Shown: one piece after another, positions 11,560-24,500 of the stretch
Layout of the letters: each line of letters starts with the position of its first letter
Position numbering within the stretch: position 1 is the stretch's first letter
Source of the DNA: Paraspadella gotoi
Lineage: Eukaryota > Animalia > Chaetognatha
Assembly (NCBI GenBank): GCA_051294375.1
Contig: CM119266.1
Span: 14,840,542 to 14,904,541, forward strand
Direction of reading: 5' to 3'
DNA length: 64,000 bases
Program-made: the position numbers and the translations under genes
The notes under the pieces: generated by a model
Told to the model about the DNA's origin: nothing
The model's database searches: none
What the model saw: only the letters and a program-made list of their open reading frames with translations

Positions 11560-13585
11560 TCACTAACCATATCGTCTTACTCATAAACTCAGGTAACAGC
11601 TTATAAAAATGAAACAACTGTTAACGTGACTTTAACCAATACGGGTGGAACCTGTACGGAAAGCTTTTATTCTTTCACCCTTGATGACGGTGGATCTTAT
11701 CAACTTCAATGCTCGATCGACATCTCTGGAGCTTTGGTACGCGTGAGTTAAATTTTTAAATTGGGAATAGTTGTAAGTTGTAACCATTCTCAAAGCGGCA
11801 TTTTTTTATTATCTTTACATGCATGTGAGGAGGACCAGTGTTCAAAGTTTATAAAAAGCTAATAATTGGAAAAATAATCGTTTTTAAAAATACATTCGCA
11901 ATCGAGAATACATAATTATTTTCTATCTAATCTATTGTTGTTTGTTTGTTGTTTGTTAAATTGATTACAAAAAATCACATGTAAATCATAAAATAAAAAA
12001 AAAACTTTTATTTTAATACTTATAGATCACGTCGAGCGGCCCGGTCGGTGTTTGGAGCGGAGTTCAATGTGGCCAAGTCTCCGGAGCCGACGCAACTTGT
12101 CAGCACATGGTCGAGCAGATTCCACCAATCAACTCTTGGGGCGTCGAATTTGCCATCTTTGCCACCAACGGAGCCGCTGGGGATGTAATCAGGATAATCA
12201 CCTCCGAGGCGGCAACGACGGTAAAAACTACAACGTCATCGGCATCAGTCGACACGGTCCTTTCCAACGCCGGAGACGTTCACGACTTTAGTAAGACCAC
12301 TATGTATTGAATCAATGTGTATTAATAATGTATTAATAATAAGAAACGAAATAAATGAATTAAAATAAAATTAAAATATTTCAACCGAAATGTATACCCA
12401 TTTCACTTTTTTTAGAAAAATGAGAACCACTATCGGATCAAATTTTTTGTAATAAAAAATGAAAAGAATGAAATTGGTACAACCAATATAAAAATTATCC
12501 ATTCATTTAATAAATAAGCTATCTTGTCCCTGACTTTGGACAGGCTTTGGTGGTTTAAGGTCTCCATGACTCTTACAAGATAATGACATAGCAGGTCCCT
12601 GCAAGACTCTTTCGCAGTCTTGTTTATTTACTCCCAGTGAACCTGTCTTCCCTATCAATGAAGTGGTATAATATTTCAAAGAATGTTTCAAATGTCACTC
12701 TGAAGGTCAAATTCAAACATATTACAGACCTTGCCACAAACGAGGCGATGTCCGTCGTTTGCTCCAGACCTTGTCTCGTCACTAAACTCACCAAGCAGAG
12801 TTCGGATTTCCTCTCCACGATGACCTTAGTTCCGTCGACTAACCAATTCGACACTAAATATTCCGTCGATATTCCCTACATGGGAAGCACAACCACCGGC
12901 GTGAAACACTACTTGCAGGTACAACATTTATCGTGCCGCTTGACTCATTTTTAAAGGTAATAAAATTGATACTTAATTGCCGATCACGATTCACGGTACA
13001 AACTTGGAAACGCCTTCGATCCCATTTATCGCTTCAGGTCGCAACGAATTCGTCTAATAAAGATTCCATCACTCTCGACGGAAGCGTTAATCTCGGGGAG
13101 CAATCGGGCTGGGTATCTGTCCCTGGACTTGCTGATTATGAAATAATCTCGTGGGAGGTAAAAAAAAAAAAACATTCGGGAATTTTTAATTTAGTTTATT
13201 GTTTGAAGATAAGCTGGACTAAATTAAAGAAGATATGTTAAACTTAAGTGCATAATACATAAGATAAAAAAAGACCATAATTAAAGAGAAGGAACTGAGA
13301 AACGGTGACTATTATGTGGAAAAGAGAATAAAAAGAAGAATACATCATTGTCGGACATCCATCTAGATAGAAACGTGTCAAAATAATGTCTTTTCCAATC
13401 GAAATGCTTATATAAGCGAATTATCTCCTCAGGTGAATTACGGTACCCATCGTTTGGAGACGTCATCAGCTTCGGCGTCTTTCGGCGTCATCGTCTTCGG
13501 CTACAACCCACTTTCTTTTTCCAACCCGCCCAGCTACGCTTATCTCGCTGGACTCAAACTTGCAGTCAACGAGGACATTCAATAA
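1275..13585 (+). CDS. Multi-exon gene, 5' incomplete: long repetitive glycosylated coiled-coil-like stalk plus C-terminal IgGFc-binding (FCGBP N-terminal-like) domain
   Basis: Repeat exons 1275-9790 are followed by unique GT-AG exons 9996-10121, 10202-10327, 10530-10699, ~11103(or 11070)-11268, 11360-11436, 11593-11736, 12026-12290, 12728-12918, 13038-13157 and 13433-13585 (TAA). Intron phases are compatible throughout. The spliced translation has IgGFc_binding hallmarks: NKVVSVTS..DVHVIGIN..DGFLALPLNTWGTSY, SQFSVTAYKNETTVNVTL, DISGALITSSGPVGVWSGVQC, CQHMVEQIPPINSWGVEF, MTLVPSTNQF, and HRLE..FGVIVFG..SYAYLAG near the stop. No start codon or signal peptide is in the window. Confidence 0.85.
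2270..2830 (+). mobile_element. Decayed 3' fragment of a Penelope-like element (GIY-YIG C-terminal half plus hammerhead-like motif)
   Basis: The interrupted translation reads WRIHEKAIQKKTIQHHQHCPIIPDFNNPSIV...RFVEIV...EGLNKDWG, resembling the PLE endonuclease pattern R..EH/H...DF.N..I/GLN.D.G. Downstream is ctgaaga-t-gacat..atgtt-gaagtattc (2784-2817), a hammerhead-like core with GAAA mutated to GAAG. Confidence 0.5.
4041..4130 (+). pseudogene. Dead copy of a type-A exon
   Basis: Homologous to the A exons (aatataaccaaggataatcaaaaatct...cttaatgatg|gtaag), but has no upstream AG acceptor, an in-frame TAA and an internal deletion. Confidence 0.75.
5073..5333. mobile_element. Non-autonomous Helentron/HINE (DINE-1-like) element
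   Basis: Subterminal inverted repeats gttgcgccgc (~5083) and gcggcgcaac (~5319), an internal (GACC/GACA)n microsatellite, and a terminal hairpin gttgcttcgcgagtactcgcggcgcaac before taaaa. Intronic. Confidence 0.65.
6300..6510 (+). repeat. Degenerate TTAGGG-like repeat tract (interstitial, intronic)
   Basis: ggttagggattagggttaagg... repeated imperfectly. Similar tracts lie on the opposite strand at ~20383-20450 and ~24420-24460. Confidence 0.6.
6875..6970 (+). pseudogene. Type-A exon copy with in-frame TAG (pseudo- or poison exon)
   Basis: 96-nt paralog of the adjacent exon 7110-7205, with a weak aaag acceptor and a gtaat donor. GAA ATC TAG replaces GAA ATC CAG, and the N-terminal sequon is lost. 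Confidence 0.75.
12476..12567 (-). repeat. Dispersed ~90 bp repeat (inverted copy at 63157-63247)
   Basis: gtacaaccaatataaaaattatccattca...cttgtccctgactttggacagg..ggtggtttaagg.ctccat is the near-exact reverse complement of 63157-63247. Probably a SINE/LINE terminal fragment. Confidence 0.75.
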
Positions 13586-14906
13586 AGTCAGCGACCTGGC
13601 AACGTTGGCGAGGAGAAAAAGGAACTTTGTGGGATTAATTCTATTGTTACACAAAAGAGCCGTGATTAATTAACAGTGATTATACATAAACTGTACAGGC
13701 TCATAAACAGATACTAATCACCGCTTCTTCACAGCTTTTTTTTTCACATTTTTCTGACAGTCGCTGGCGAAAAAAAACTTTTTAAATATCTATTTTTCTG
13801 TGATAAACTGTGAAACGGAGACTTTCGTTTTCCACTAATTTCGTGATACTAATGAATAAAATATGAAATCCAAATTGAAAAAAAAAGCCTGATTTATTGA
13901 TTCGTTATTCATGGATACTGAATCTTGATCTACAATCGATGTTCTTTTTTTCATTTAAGAAAAGTTTTTCAGGGGGCACCTGAACGCGCTTTGACTCAGG
14001 ATGAAAATAAAACAAATGGTGCGTGTCCTAAATTCGCCTCCCGTATAGCTTGGTGAAACTTTGATCATCCAATTTCTTGGACATCTTAGTACTCGTTCAA
14101 CAACCGTTTGTTCGAGGTTAATCCCATTACGATCAAGGTTGTGAAGTGTAAGGATGTCGGCCTAAACCCACCAGTGACATGGGTTGGTCACTGCATACCT
14201 CATACCCCTAGCATCACACCTCACAAAATGTTAAAACTGACGTTTGTATCTATGTTTTCCCATAAGCACTATGAGTATCTTGAGGACGTAGATGAATGTC
14301 ATGCTGGTACAAATTTTTAGTTTGGCGATCATGATTATATGTGTTTTATTCGTTTACAACAATTAGTTGAAACAGTACATTCAAAAGGGCATACAGCATT
14401 ACAGATAAACGCATAAATTGTACAGTTTACAATTCAACAAAATATAAATATTTAAATTAACAGAACGAAAAAAAAAGAAAAAGATATGGCCACGTTAAGC
14501 GGATGGAGGGCATAAGAAAATTAGTTTAAACAAAAAATGTCGCAATTTTTTTAAGGATCTGACGATAACAATATAATAAAAAGCTGTCTGTGTGAGATTC
14601 TCGCGGAGTCGAATAAATTCTACCTCCGCAAATTTATTCTAGAAAGTTCGATCGGCGAAAGGATTAGAATAAAAAAGTGGATTCGCATTTTCTCCTTGTT
14701 ACGAGTCACACACAAAAAAAAATATTAATATCGTCTTCTGTAGTACATTACAAGAAAAAATGTAAATTCACAAACTGTAATTACGGTAATTCACCTTTAA
14801 CAGTTTGTACCCCCGGTAAACGAAAACGAAAATAGAAAGAAAAAAACAAACCAAAACAAAATAAAACGATACAAAAAAGAAAATAGAAAAACGTTTCCTT
14901 GCCGCC

Positions 14907-16276
14907 ATGGCCTCCGTCGTTTTCGTTCTTCTTATATTCTTTCCAATTATTTCTTCCTTGAAGCGCGAAGTAGCTTATTCATCGAACAACGACAACGAAA
15001 ACAACAACAACAAGCGTTACATCGCCGATTCCGTCGGAAACGAAAGTTTGATGAGGAGATTGCTCGTCCTACCGAGGGCGCTGCGAGAGAAGACGAGCGA
15101 AGCTGACGAAGACGCTGAAATTTATTTCGAGAACAAAGAAGACGACGATATGGACCAGAATGACGACGACGACGACGACGACCGGGATAATGAAAAGGGC
15201 CATGACGATGATCCAAACGACGAAGATGTCCCACTGCGACGGTCAAAAGAAGGTCAAAAACCCGGAGGACTGGAGCGAAGACAGAGAACTGGGCTCGGTA
15301 GAAGACCCGAAATGGGATGGAGACCTGGGAACGGACGGAGACCTGGAAGGCCCGGCGGATCGGGAGGTCGACAACCAGGCAGCAGGCGTCCGGGCAACGG
15401 GCGTCCTGATGGAGGAAGACGACGTCCGGGCCACAGACCGGGCGATCGGTACCCTGTAGATTACGATAAATTTCATCCGGGTCGTTTCGCTATCGACACC
15501 CCGGGAGGGGCGTACCTCACTTTCGCCGATTGGCTGATGTGGATCTATGACGACGACAACAGGTAAAATGATTATCTGGTGCTACGAAATTGGTACAACC
15601 AATATTGCTCGGTTGAGATTATTCTTTGATTACAAAGGGAGCGCGGTCAAAACCAAAAATACCCATTTTCGTTTTAGCTATATATTTTTCCTTTTCTTTT
15701 CTCTCATCTTCTCCCCATTTCTCGGTCAGGTTTCCGCCACCCGGAAGCTTTCCGCCGGTGGGTCCTCCGCCCTGTGACGACGACGACGATGACAAAGACG
15801 ATGACGACGACACGGGTGACGACCGAGAAAGAGGCACTTCTCGCCGTCGAAGAGGAGGCCGCAGAAGGCCAAGACCTGAGCGGTTTGATAATATTTTGAT
15901 TTTATCGTTTATTCTTTATGATGATTAAATACAGTTTTTGATTATCATTATACAATATAAATACAATACTAAAATAGAATTGGTAAAGTTTTTCCCTCGG
16001 GATAATTTCCGAAAGCTTTAGTGCTCAAATTTGTTAGTCTCTGCAGGGCTAAAAATGTAATTTAGTGTAAGGTGACGTATAAGGTATCAGTCCCCCCAAA
16101 ACAAAATTTTTAAACGAAAATGTTCGACAAAAGAATCTGTTTAAATTCTACCCAACTCAGGCCCTGCATCATGGAGGAAGACTTTTCAGAACGGCCCTAC
16201 AAGGATCAGTTTTTGGGCTCATACGGCGGGGGCGACGTTCCCGGCGGCTACCAGATCGGTGGCGCGGGGGGCGGAA

Positions 16277-16316
<40 letters not shown>

Positions 16317-16368
16317 AGAGTCTAGTGCCAGTCATTTTGATGATCTTTGGGGGGGATTCGTTGGTTGA
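14907..16368 (+). CDS. Secreted low-complexity protein, 338 aa, with alternating Asp-rich and Gly/Arg/Pro-rich blocks
   Basis: Kozak-like gccgccATGG and a hydrophobic signal-like N-terminus MASVVFVLLIFFPIISS. Exons are 14907-15562, 15730-15882 and 16161-16368, with both introns GT-AG phase 2. Total 1017 nt ending ...FDDLWGGFVG*. Confidence 0.8.
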
Positions 16369-16818
16369 ACTCCACTGATGATTTCCTCGCATGCGGAAAC
16401 AATATATTTCCGCGATTTCGAGATTAAAAAGCAAAGAGTAATCATATTCCCCAATTTATGAGTAAATGTGAAATACGTAATATGATTCCGTAATTAGTAT
16501 GTTCTATCTCGATGAAATTAAAGACTGTAACTGGTAACTGATTAAAATATATAATTTATATATTTTGAACTATTTTTTTCTATTGCTTTTGTTCGTGTCT
16601 TTTCCTTCTGATTGACATAAACCTACTCTTTGAAATCGGATTCTCCCCTTGACGACCAACAACTCTTCCTTCTCTCTTTTCCTCGATTGCAAATCTTGTC
16701 CCAACCGCAAATAGGAAAAAAAGAAAAAAAAAAAAGGAAAAATGAGAAAAAAAAGAAAAAAACCCACGATTTTCTCCTGGAATTGTCCCTCGTCCTTCGT
16801 GGTCGGTTCTTCGTGTCG

Positions 16819-17108
<290 letters not shown>

Positions 17109-18539
17109 GGAAATTCGGGATTCCTTACCTTTGAGAGTGGAACCTCGGCTCTCGCGACGAACACGAATCATAACGAGAAAGACTTCCGGCTTTGCGTCCC
17201 GTTTGTCTTTTGCCGTGACCTTTGACCCGTTGACACGTTCGCTATGATTAAACTGAATCGAAATTAATCTGAACCTGGCTTTGCTTTTAACTGTTCTGAT
17301 TTTCAACTGTCGAAATTTTGACTTTGGACCGGCGATGGAAATAAAGAGCTTTGTTCCTTTTCTCTCAACACGATTTTCGACTCTTGTTTCTCTGGAAAAT
17401 GAAAATTCGTCGTTCTCTTCTAAAACAAGAATTTTAGCCGACGCTTTCGTTCTTCTTTTGTCCGAAACTATTACAAGTACTGTACACAGATTCAAAACTC
17501 ACGTTTGATGATGACTCTAAAACGAATAAAAGTCATTTCCAGTAAAATATGAAAAGACAATGCGAATCAAAAAAGAAAAAAAAATGGCTAAAAAGTAAAA
17601 TAAAAAGTAATGACTTCTTCGCTAGCTCAAGCTACAGCTGCAATCGGAATAAAAAAAGTAAGTTTTTTCAACTCGGCTCAATATTTTCGAAAGAAATCCA
17701 CACAGACAAAACAGCTGTAATTTTTAAAAAAATAAGATTTTTAATTTTTATTTTATCTCCTGATTTTGGTAATTGATATTTTTCAGTATACGATACAATA
17801 AAAAATGGCGTAACGTTACGGTTCCATTCATAAAAAAATTCACTGTTCAATATTATTATATTTGTTTTTATTTTTTGAAACGTATACGTCTAAGCTGGGC
17901 AACTCAAGTCGAGTGAGAGATTTTTTGGTTGTTTGGTTACTATGACTACCTCGCTACTACTTTATTTGAATTAGAATCTTAGCAAGTTTATGATCATATC
18001 GCTTTTTTGTTTGAAAGTTTTGATGATCTATTTTGAGTCCAAATAACTTATTTTATTGAGAGAGAAAATATTCGAAGTTGTATATAGAAACCAATCTTTT
18101 TTGTTAGCAAAACAGTTACTAATAAAATCATGCTCACCGAACCTTCACTAAAAAGTCAAATTAAAATTAATTAAAATTTTTCTAGATTTATTTTATTACA
18201 TAAACATCCAACGATTAAACTCAATTGTAAATACAGTTTCCCTGTTGCAAAAATTTGTCTTTGGGAAGCGCAGAAAATATAAAAATACTGATAATTTAAA
18301 ACACGTGAGCAAATAATGATGAGTCAAATAATCGACGAGCTTACAAAGTGAGAAATGGGTGAGGCGGGACAAAATGTAATGAACATTCTGGACACGTGTT
18401 ATCGAATTAATCGTTAACAATGACTTAGAAAATGGCAAGAATTTGAAAAAGAATTAAAATTCGAAACAAGTTTGAAAGGAAAACAAAAAATTAAAACAAG
18501 TTAGAAATAGAATTCTTAGTTTGTATCAAGCCTTTTTCG

Positions 18540-21500
18540 TCAAACCGCCGTGACTTTGTATCCAGCCATCGGCAGAAGCAGACCGTCCATTGGCTGATCG
18601 AAAGGTCTGGCCACGCTCAACCTTCCTGCGTCGATCTTGGCCGGCGAATCCCGCGAGCTCGAGACGAGGGACGCCGATTCCGTGGCGGCGCCGTCGTCGT
18701 CGTCGTTCGACGCCGGCAGAGGAGACGGGCTGCCCTGGGATCCGCCGTTCGGGGAAACGACGCCCGATGACGCCCCGGCGTCGATGGAGCGTCTTCTCTT
18801 CGACGCTCGCGACGCCGAGTGGCGAAAACCGTGGAAAGACGCCGCGTTGGCGTGCTGTCGGGTAAAGGGAATTTTCACGTCGGTCGTCGACGACGCCAAC
18901 GACGCTGGCTGTCTCGACGGCGGCGGCGGAGGCGGCGGCGGCGGTTCGTGCGTCACGGCGCGCACGTGGATCGACGACGCCGGCGTCTCTCGACCCTCGG
19001 ACGGCGTGCTGCGAGCGCTAGTGGGCGTGGGAAAAGGCGAAGACCGGCGCCCGTCGCTGACGTCCGTAGATCCTCTTCTGTCCGGCGAAGAGATTGAAGG
19101 ATATCTCGCTGATCCGACGCGCGAAGTGAATCGCGACGAAGATCGCGTCGAACCCGGGAACGCCTCGCCCGGACGCGCAGGCAACACGGGCACGCCGCGT
19201 CCATACGCCGTTTGACTTCGCGGCGCCATTACGAACGGCGCCAATGGCGGCGGGACAGAAAGACCGCCACCGCTGTCGGCGCCGTTTCCAGCGTCCGGAA
19301 CCGACACGTCGCTTAGCGAATTGTCTCTCGAGATGCCTTCGTCGGAATCTGTCTTCCTCGCGTCGATGGCGACGAAGTTCTGCTTCTTGTTAGAGAGTCT
19401 CGTCGTCTCCAGTCGATCGAAGTAAGTCAGTTCCGCCGGCATCTCGCTGCTCAGCCGCACGTTGCTGTAGAGGCCTCGTTGAAAGAACTCTGGAGTCGCG
19501 TCCTCGTCGTCGGTGGGCGGGGCTCCGCAGACGCCGCCGCCGCCGCCACCGCCGCCACCGCTGCCGCCGCGTTGATTGTTCGGCCGCAGATCCATGGCGC
19601 GCATCGTCTCTTCGTGGACCCGCCGCTTCCTTTTCCGCAGCACGGCGCGACGTTTCCGTAGACAGCAGACGCAGACGGCGGTGACGATAAGGATGGCGAG
19701 GAGGCCGCCCACGAGGGTCACGTACTTGACGATCTTCTCCGAATCCGTGAGTTCGATGACGAACCGGGCGTGGCCGAACTCGTTACGGGCGAGGCAAGTG
19801 TACTTGCCGAAAGTGTCGATGCCGACGGAACGCTTGAGGGTGTAAGGGGAGAAGGGGTCGTTGTTTTGAAGGCGTTTTCCGTCGAAGAACCAATCGATCT
19901 TTGGTTCCGGGTGACCGGAGACGCGACAGGACATTTCCACGAAGCTGCCTTCTCGAGCCTTGATTTTCTTCGGTCCCCGTCGGTCGGCCCACGTCGGCTT
20001 GTGCGGGACCGACACTCGCGTCGAGGCCGAGCGAAGGTTCCACAGATCTCGCGCCTGCGTGCCGCAGCCGTTGGTGACGACGCAGGTGAGGTTGGCGCCG
20101 TGATCTCGCCACGAGGGTCGGAAACTGAGTTCGCGGTGCCGGCCGAGGGTCACGTTGTGGGCGGCGTCGGTGAAGAGGGGGCCCCGCTCGAGGATCCACT
20201 CGACGGTCGGCGGAGGAAGGGTGACGCCGTAGTCGCACCGAGCCTTGACGACGTCGTTGATGGCGAGGGTGGAGGCGACGCCCGAGACGGAGACCGAGTC
20301 GGGGCCGAAGGCCACCTGAGTGGGAAGAATAATTGCGAATAAAATTACGATTGTGAATAATTAGAAAATTATAATGACCTCACCCTAATCTTTAACCCTA
20401 TTCCTTAATCCCAAACCTTATCTTTAAACCTAAATCCAAAACCTATTATCTTGCCTTTAAGTGTCTCTTTTCAAAATGTTAAAATCTCTTCAAGTTTTCG
20501 TTTGGTGAAGTTTGTGGTTTGAACCCGGAACCCTCAGGACTTAGGCCCGACAAAAAAAGGGAAAATTCCCCCCAACCTGAATGCCAGTAAGGCTTTTAAG
20601 AGGTGACTTTATTTCAATTATTAGTATATCTTACTTTGTTGACCTTTTGTTCAGACTAAAAAAAAGAGCAAATGATTAATAAATCCAGCGTTTCCTCATC
20701 ATATTTTTGCTCTGTTAGTTTTCCCAAAAAACATTTCACAATTCTCATTCCACTCAACCAAACTGGCTATCTTTTATCATGGTGTAATGTGTTTATTACT
20801 TGTTTAATTAATTACTTAATTAACTCTCATCATTTATCTGCTTGTTGTTATACATATAGATATACCATGTCTGATAAGCAGAATGGAATATCTATATGCC
20901 TTGATTATTTTAATTAAGGTGACCTTTTATTATGAACCAAGCAAATTGGTTTAAAGAGAACTTTATCCAAGCTCCAACATAACTTTTATTGGCCAGGACG
21001 TCAGAGCCTACGGCCAAACTTCCTTTCCTACCGTCCATCTCTCAATGACGTTTGAGCTGCTTAAACGTCACCTACATTTGGTGAACCCAACGTCGAATTA
21101 ATTGCAACCTTCGTTACGACCCGGCGGCCAATTCCTATCATGAGCGAATCTCGCGAAACGCGCCAAAGTCCTCTCGCCCTTCGACAGCAGTCTAAACCTC
21201 ACCGTCCCAAAGGCGCCGGCAGACTGGCCGCATTTTCTGCGAAACTTCGCCGACTGGTCTATCAACACGCCGGCCGCGCCCACTTCCAATCTCCCGTCAA
21301 CCTCGCCCAGATTCTTTGCGTTTCCACCAACTTCGCCACATCAAGCTTCTCCGAATGCCAAACGGCGAAATGGCAGCGGCCACCTGGCACCCGACGAAAC
21401 TGAAGCCCTACGCTCAGCTAAGCCTAAGCCTCAAGCACTCACAAATAAGAAAAAAACCAGAATTACCCAGCATTTCGATCCTAAAACATCGGACCATATG

Positions 21501-24500
21501 GATAAAGAGGACTCGACCGCCTTCATTCCGCGCCGGCAAATAAAAGAGTCAAATGAGAAATTTGCCCACCCTGAGTCAAAAATTGGCGTCGACGCCAACC
21601 ACCGTCAAACGCATTCCTGATGGAGAGCCGTCCGAGTTGAACTGGACGGCATTATCGCATACCTACGGAAAGAATACGGACTAACGCAGCGCCAGCAGGC
21701 GGCGCTCCTCCTCGATCGGCTTCTAGCGCGACGGCATGCCGACCCTCACAACACCTCGCTCAGGCTCCGAGGAAAAGGTGAAATCGGTTACCATCGACGA
21801 TATTAAAAAAGAAACCGTAAAAGAAGGCCCTTCCCAATCGAGATAGGCGCTCCTCGAGGATAAGGTGGACGAATTGACAGCGGCACAAGTCGCAGAGCAC
21901 GCAGACAAAATTTTTTGATGCTTAAGGTCGTCCCCAACCTCGGCAGCGCACCTCGACCATAAACGCCGCCAACCCTCGACAGAGACACCGACGATTCGAA
22001 CAGCGACTAATGAGAAGGACGAGTCCGGCGTCAACGCCATTCAAGGACAACGCGCGACAGGAGCCGGCCCCCAGCCCAGGTAACTGGCGCCTAAAGCGCC
22101 CCAAGTGGATCCCGTCGACAAACGACGTCGGCCAAACGCCAGATTGAAGAAATATGCGTTGCACCTAAAGTTTGGCGACGCTGCAGCTTTGCTGTGAGGC
22201 GGTTGCGCCAGAAAAGGCGGCGGCGAGACCGGAAGCAGCCTCAGTCGGGACAACGGCGATGCGGGCCAGCGCAGGTGAACGCTGTGCCCCGCGCCCAAGA
22301 ATGATTCACCCGATCAACTACATATTCCACGTCAAGGACGCCACCGATGCCGCCAGTGGCTCGTCGACGGCGGCGCCCTTCTTTCAACCTAATACCGTCC
22401 CCCCCCCACCACGCCGCGCGGAAAGCAGGACCCGTCGGGCCAAAAACTCCAAGCAGCAAACTGGCTCCACAATCAACTCGTATGGCATCGTACATCGAAA
22501 GAGTAGTCCTCGGCTCAAGAGTTTCCGCATTTTGATTTTTTTAGCAGCCGATGTAACCCAAAGCATTTTGGGACGCTGAACTTCTGGCCGGAGTTTTACC
22601 TCGCCCCAAATCACCGAAGACGGCAACACTGCTCGACCTACGCGACTATCGACAATATCCTGCGAATAGCTCAAATGAGTCCACCGTCTCACGTAATCCG
22701 CTCGACCACGAAGACAATGTCTATTACCAGCTTACTCGTGAATATCCTGCTTTGGTCGACACCAACATTTCGAAATCGAGAGCCGAAACCAAGGAGTGAG
22801 ACATTATATCCCGCCCTTCGGCCGCCCTGCCAGGCCAAAGGGCTCGGCGCCTCCCACCCGAGAAGCTCGCAGTGGAACAAGGCAGAACTGGAGAAACTGG
22901 TCGACTCGCATCGCTAAACAAGGGCTAAAAGTCCTGGTCCGCCCTTTACTCTTCGTTCCAAAGGCGGATGGAGATGGCGATGTTGCGGAGCTTTCCGCAG
23001 ACTCAACAGCACCCATACCAAAAAGATGATAAATATCCCGTCCAAGCTCTACGACTTTAATGCGAGTTGGGCGGGAAAAGATATTTCGAAATTGATCTCC
23101 TTAAAGGATATCATCAGATTCCAGTGGCCGATGAAGATGTCCCCAAAATTGGCGTTATTACCCCCTTGTGGGTTTATTTGTTTTCCTTCTCAAGAACGTC
23201 TCAAGAACGCAGGGCAGGATTTTTTCAGCGCATGAGGATGAAATCCTGGGGCGACGTGCCGCATACATACGTCTTTTAGAACGACATCCTCGGTCGCCAG
23301 CCTGACCAAGAAGAGCACCTGAAGACTTGAAGTCAGTCTTTGACTCCTCGCCGATAATGTCTAGTAATAAATCGCAAAAAATGCGTCTGGGCCAATCATC
23401 AACTGAGTTCTTAGGATATCATGGTTGGATGCGACCGGCGTGAAGCCCTCCGCTCAAAAAAGTAGGCAAATACGCGCCAACCAGACCCTCTACGACTGTG
23501 AAAGATGTTGCCAATAAGGTTCCTCGCAATGGTTCCATTATTTATCGCCGGCTTCATACGGAAAGGCCGCCCACCATGCCGCGGCATTATACGACGTCCA
23601 GGCCGAAAAACCAAAACAAACTCAACTGGACAAGCAAGTGCTCTCGGAGTCCGTTTCATCGCCATCAAGGAAGCGCTAGCCACGCACACTACTTCGCACA
23701 CCCTCAAACTAACGCTCAACTGGGCGCTAACGAATGATGCGTCAGATATCGCCGTCGGCGCAGTCTAGAGCAACGGGACGCGCTGGGATGGGAGCCGCTG
23801 GCGTTCTTTCAAGCAAAAGCTCGACAAGCACACTTTTTCGAGCAGGTCCGAACATTTCTGTCATTGGCTCGAGGGCAGAACTTTTACATCTACAACGGAC
23901 CACCAATCCTTGATTACATGCCCTCCACAAACGCGCTGAGCCCTCAAACGACCCCCACAACTTCGCAAGTTGTCAGTTATAATCTGAATTTACGAACGGA
24001 CACCGCCACGTCCGCGCAAGCCAATGTGTCGCCGACGCTGTCCAAGGCCAATCCGTCAACCTGATTGAATGCAATCGAACGCCCATTTGCCTCCAGCAAA
24101 GTCACAGGATCTCCAAGCAACCGTCAACGCCATCGGAACAAGAGGGTATCGATTAGAGGAAATGCGCGGCACCAAGCGCTCGACCAGAGTTCCAGCGCCT
24201 CTCACAAGACGCCCGACCAGGTCATTTCGCAAAGTCAAGCTTTGGCAATCACGATCTCCTCGTCGGATGTACTAACGGCCCAAGCACTGACCATTTGTAC
24301 CGGGAAAGCCTGGCCGCAAACGCGTTTTTTGAGAGTTTCATGGGCCTCGGCCACCCCGGCGTCACATCTACAAATTTTTTTCTAGCGCGCGTTTCAAATC
24401 CTTAAGTGAACCAAATGCTTTACCTAACCACTAACCCTAATACGTAACTTAACCCTTATCTCTATGGTGACTAAAATCCACCAACCGTTCGTCAGCGGCC

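Noticed and set aside
18590-20342. Several + strand ORFs of 90-192 aa
   Set aside because: Antisense shadows of the GC-rich terminal exon of the Ig gene.
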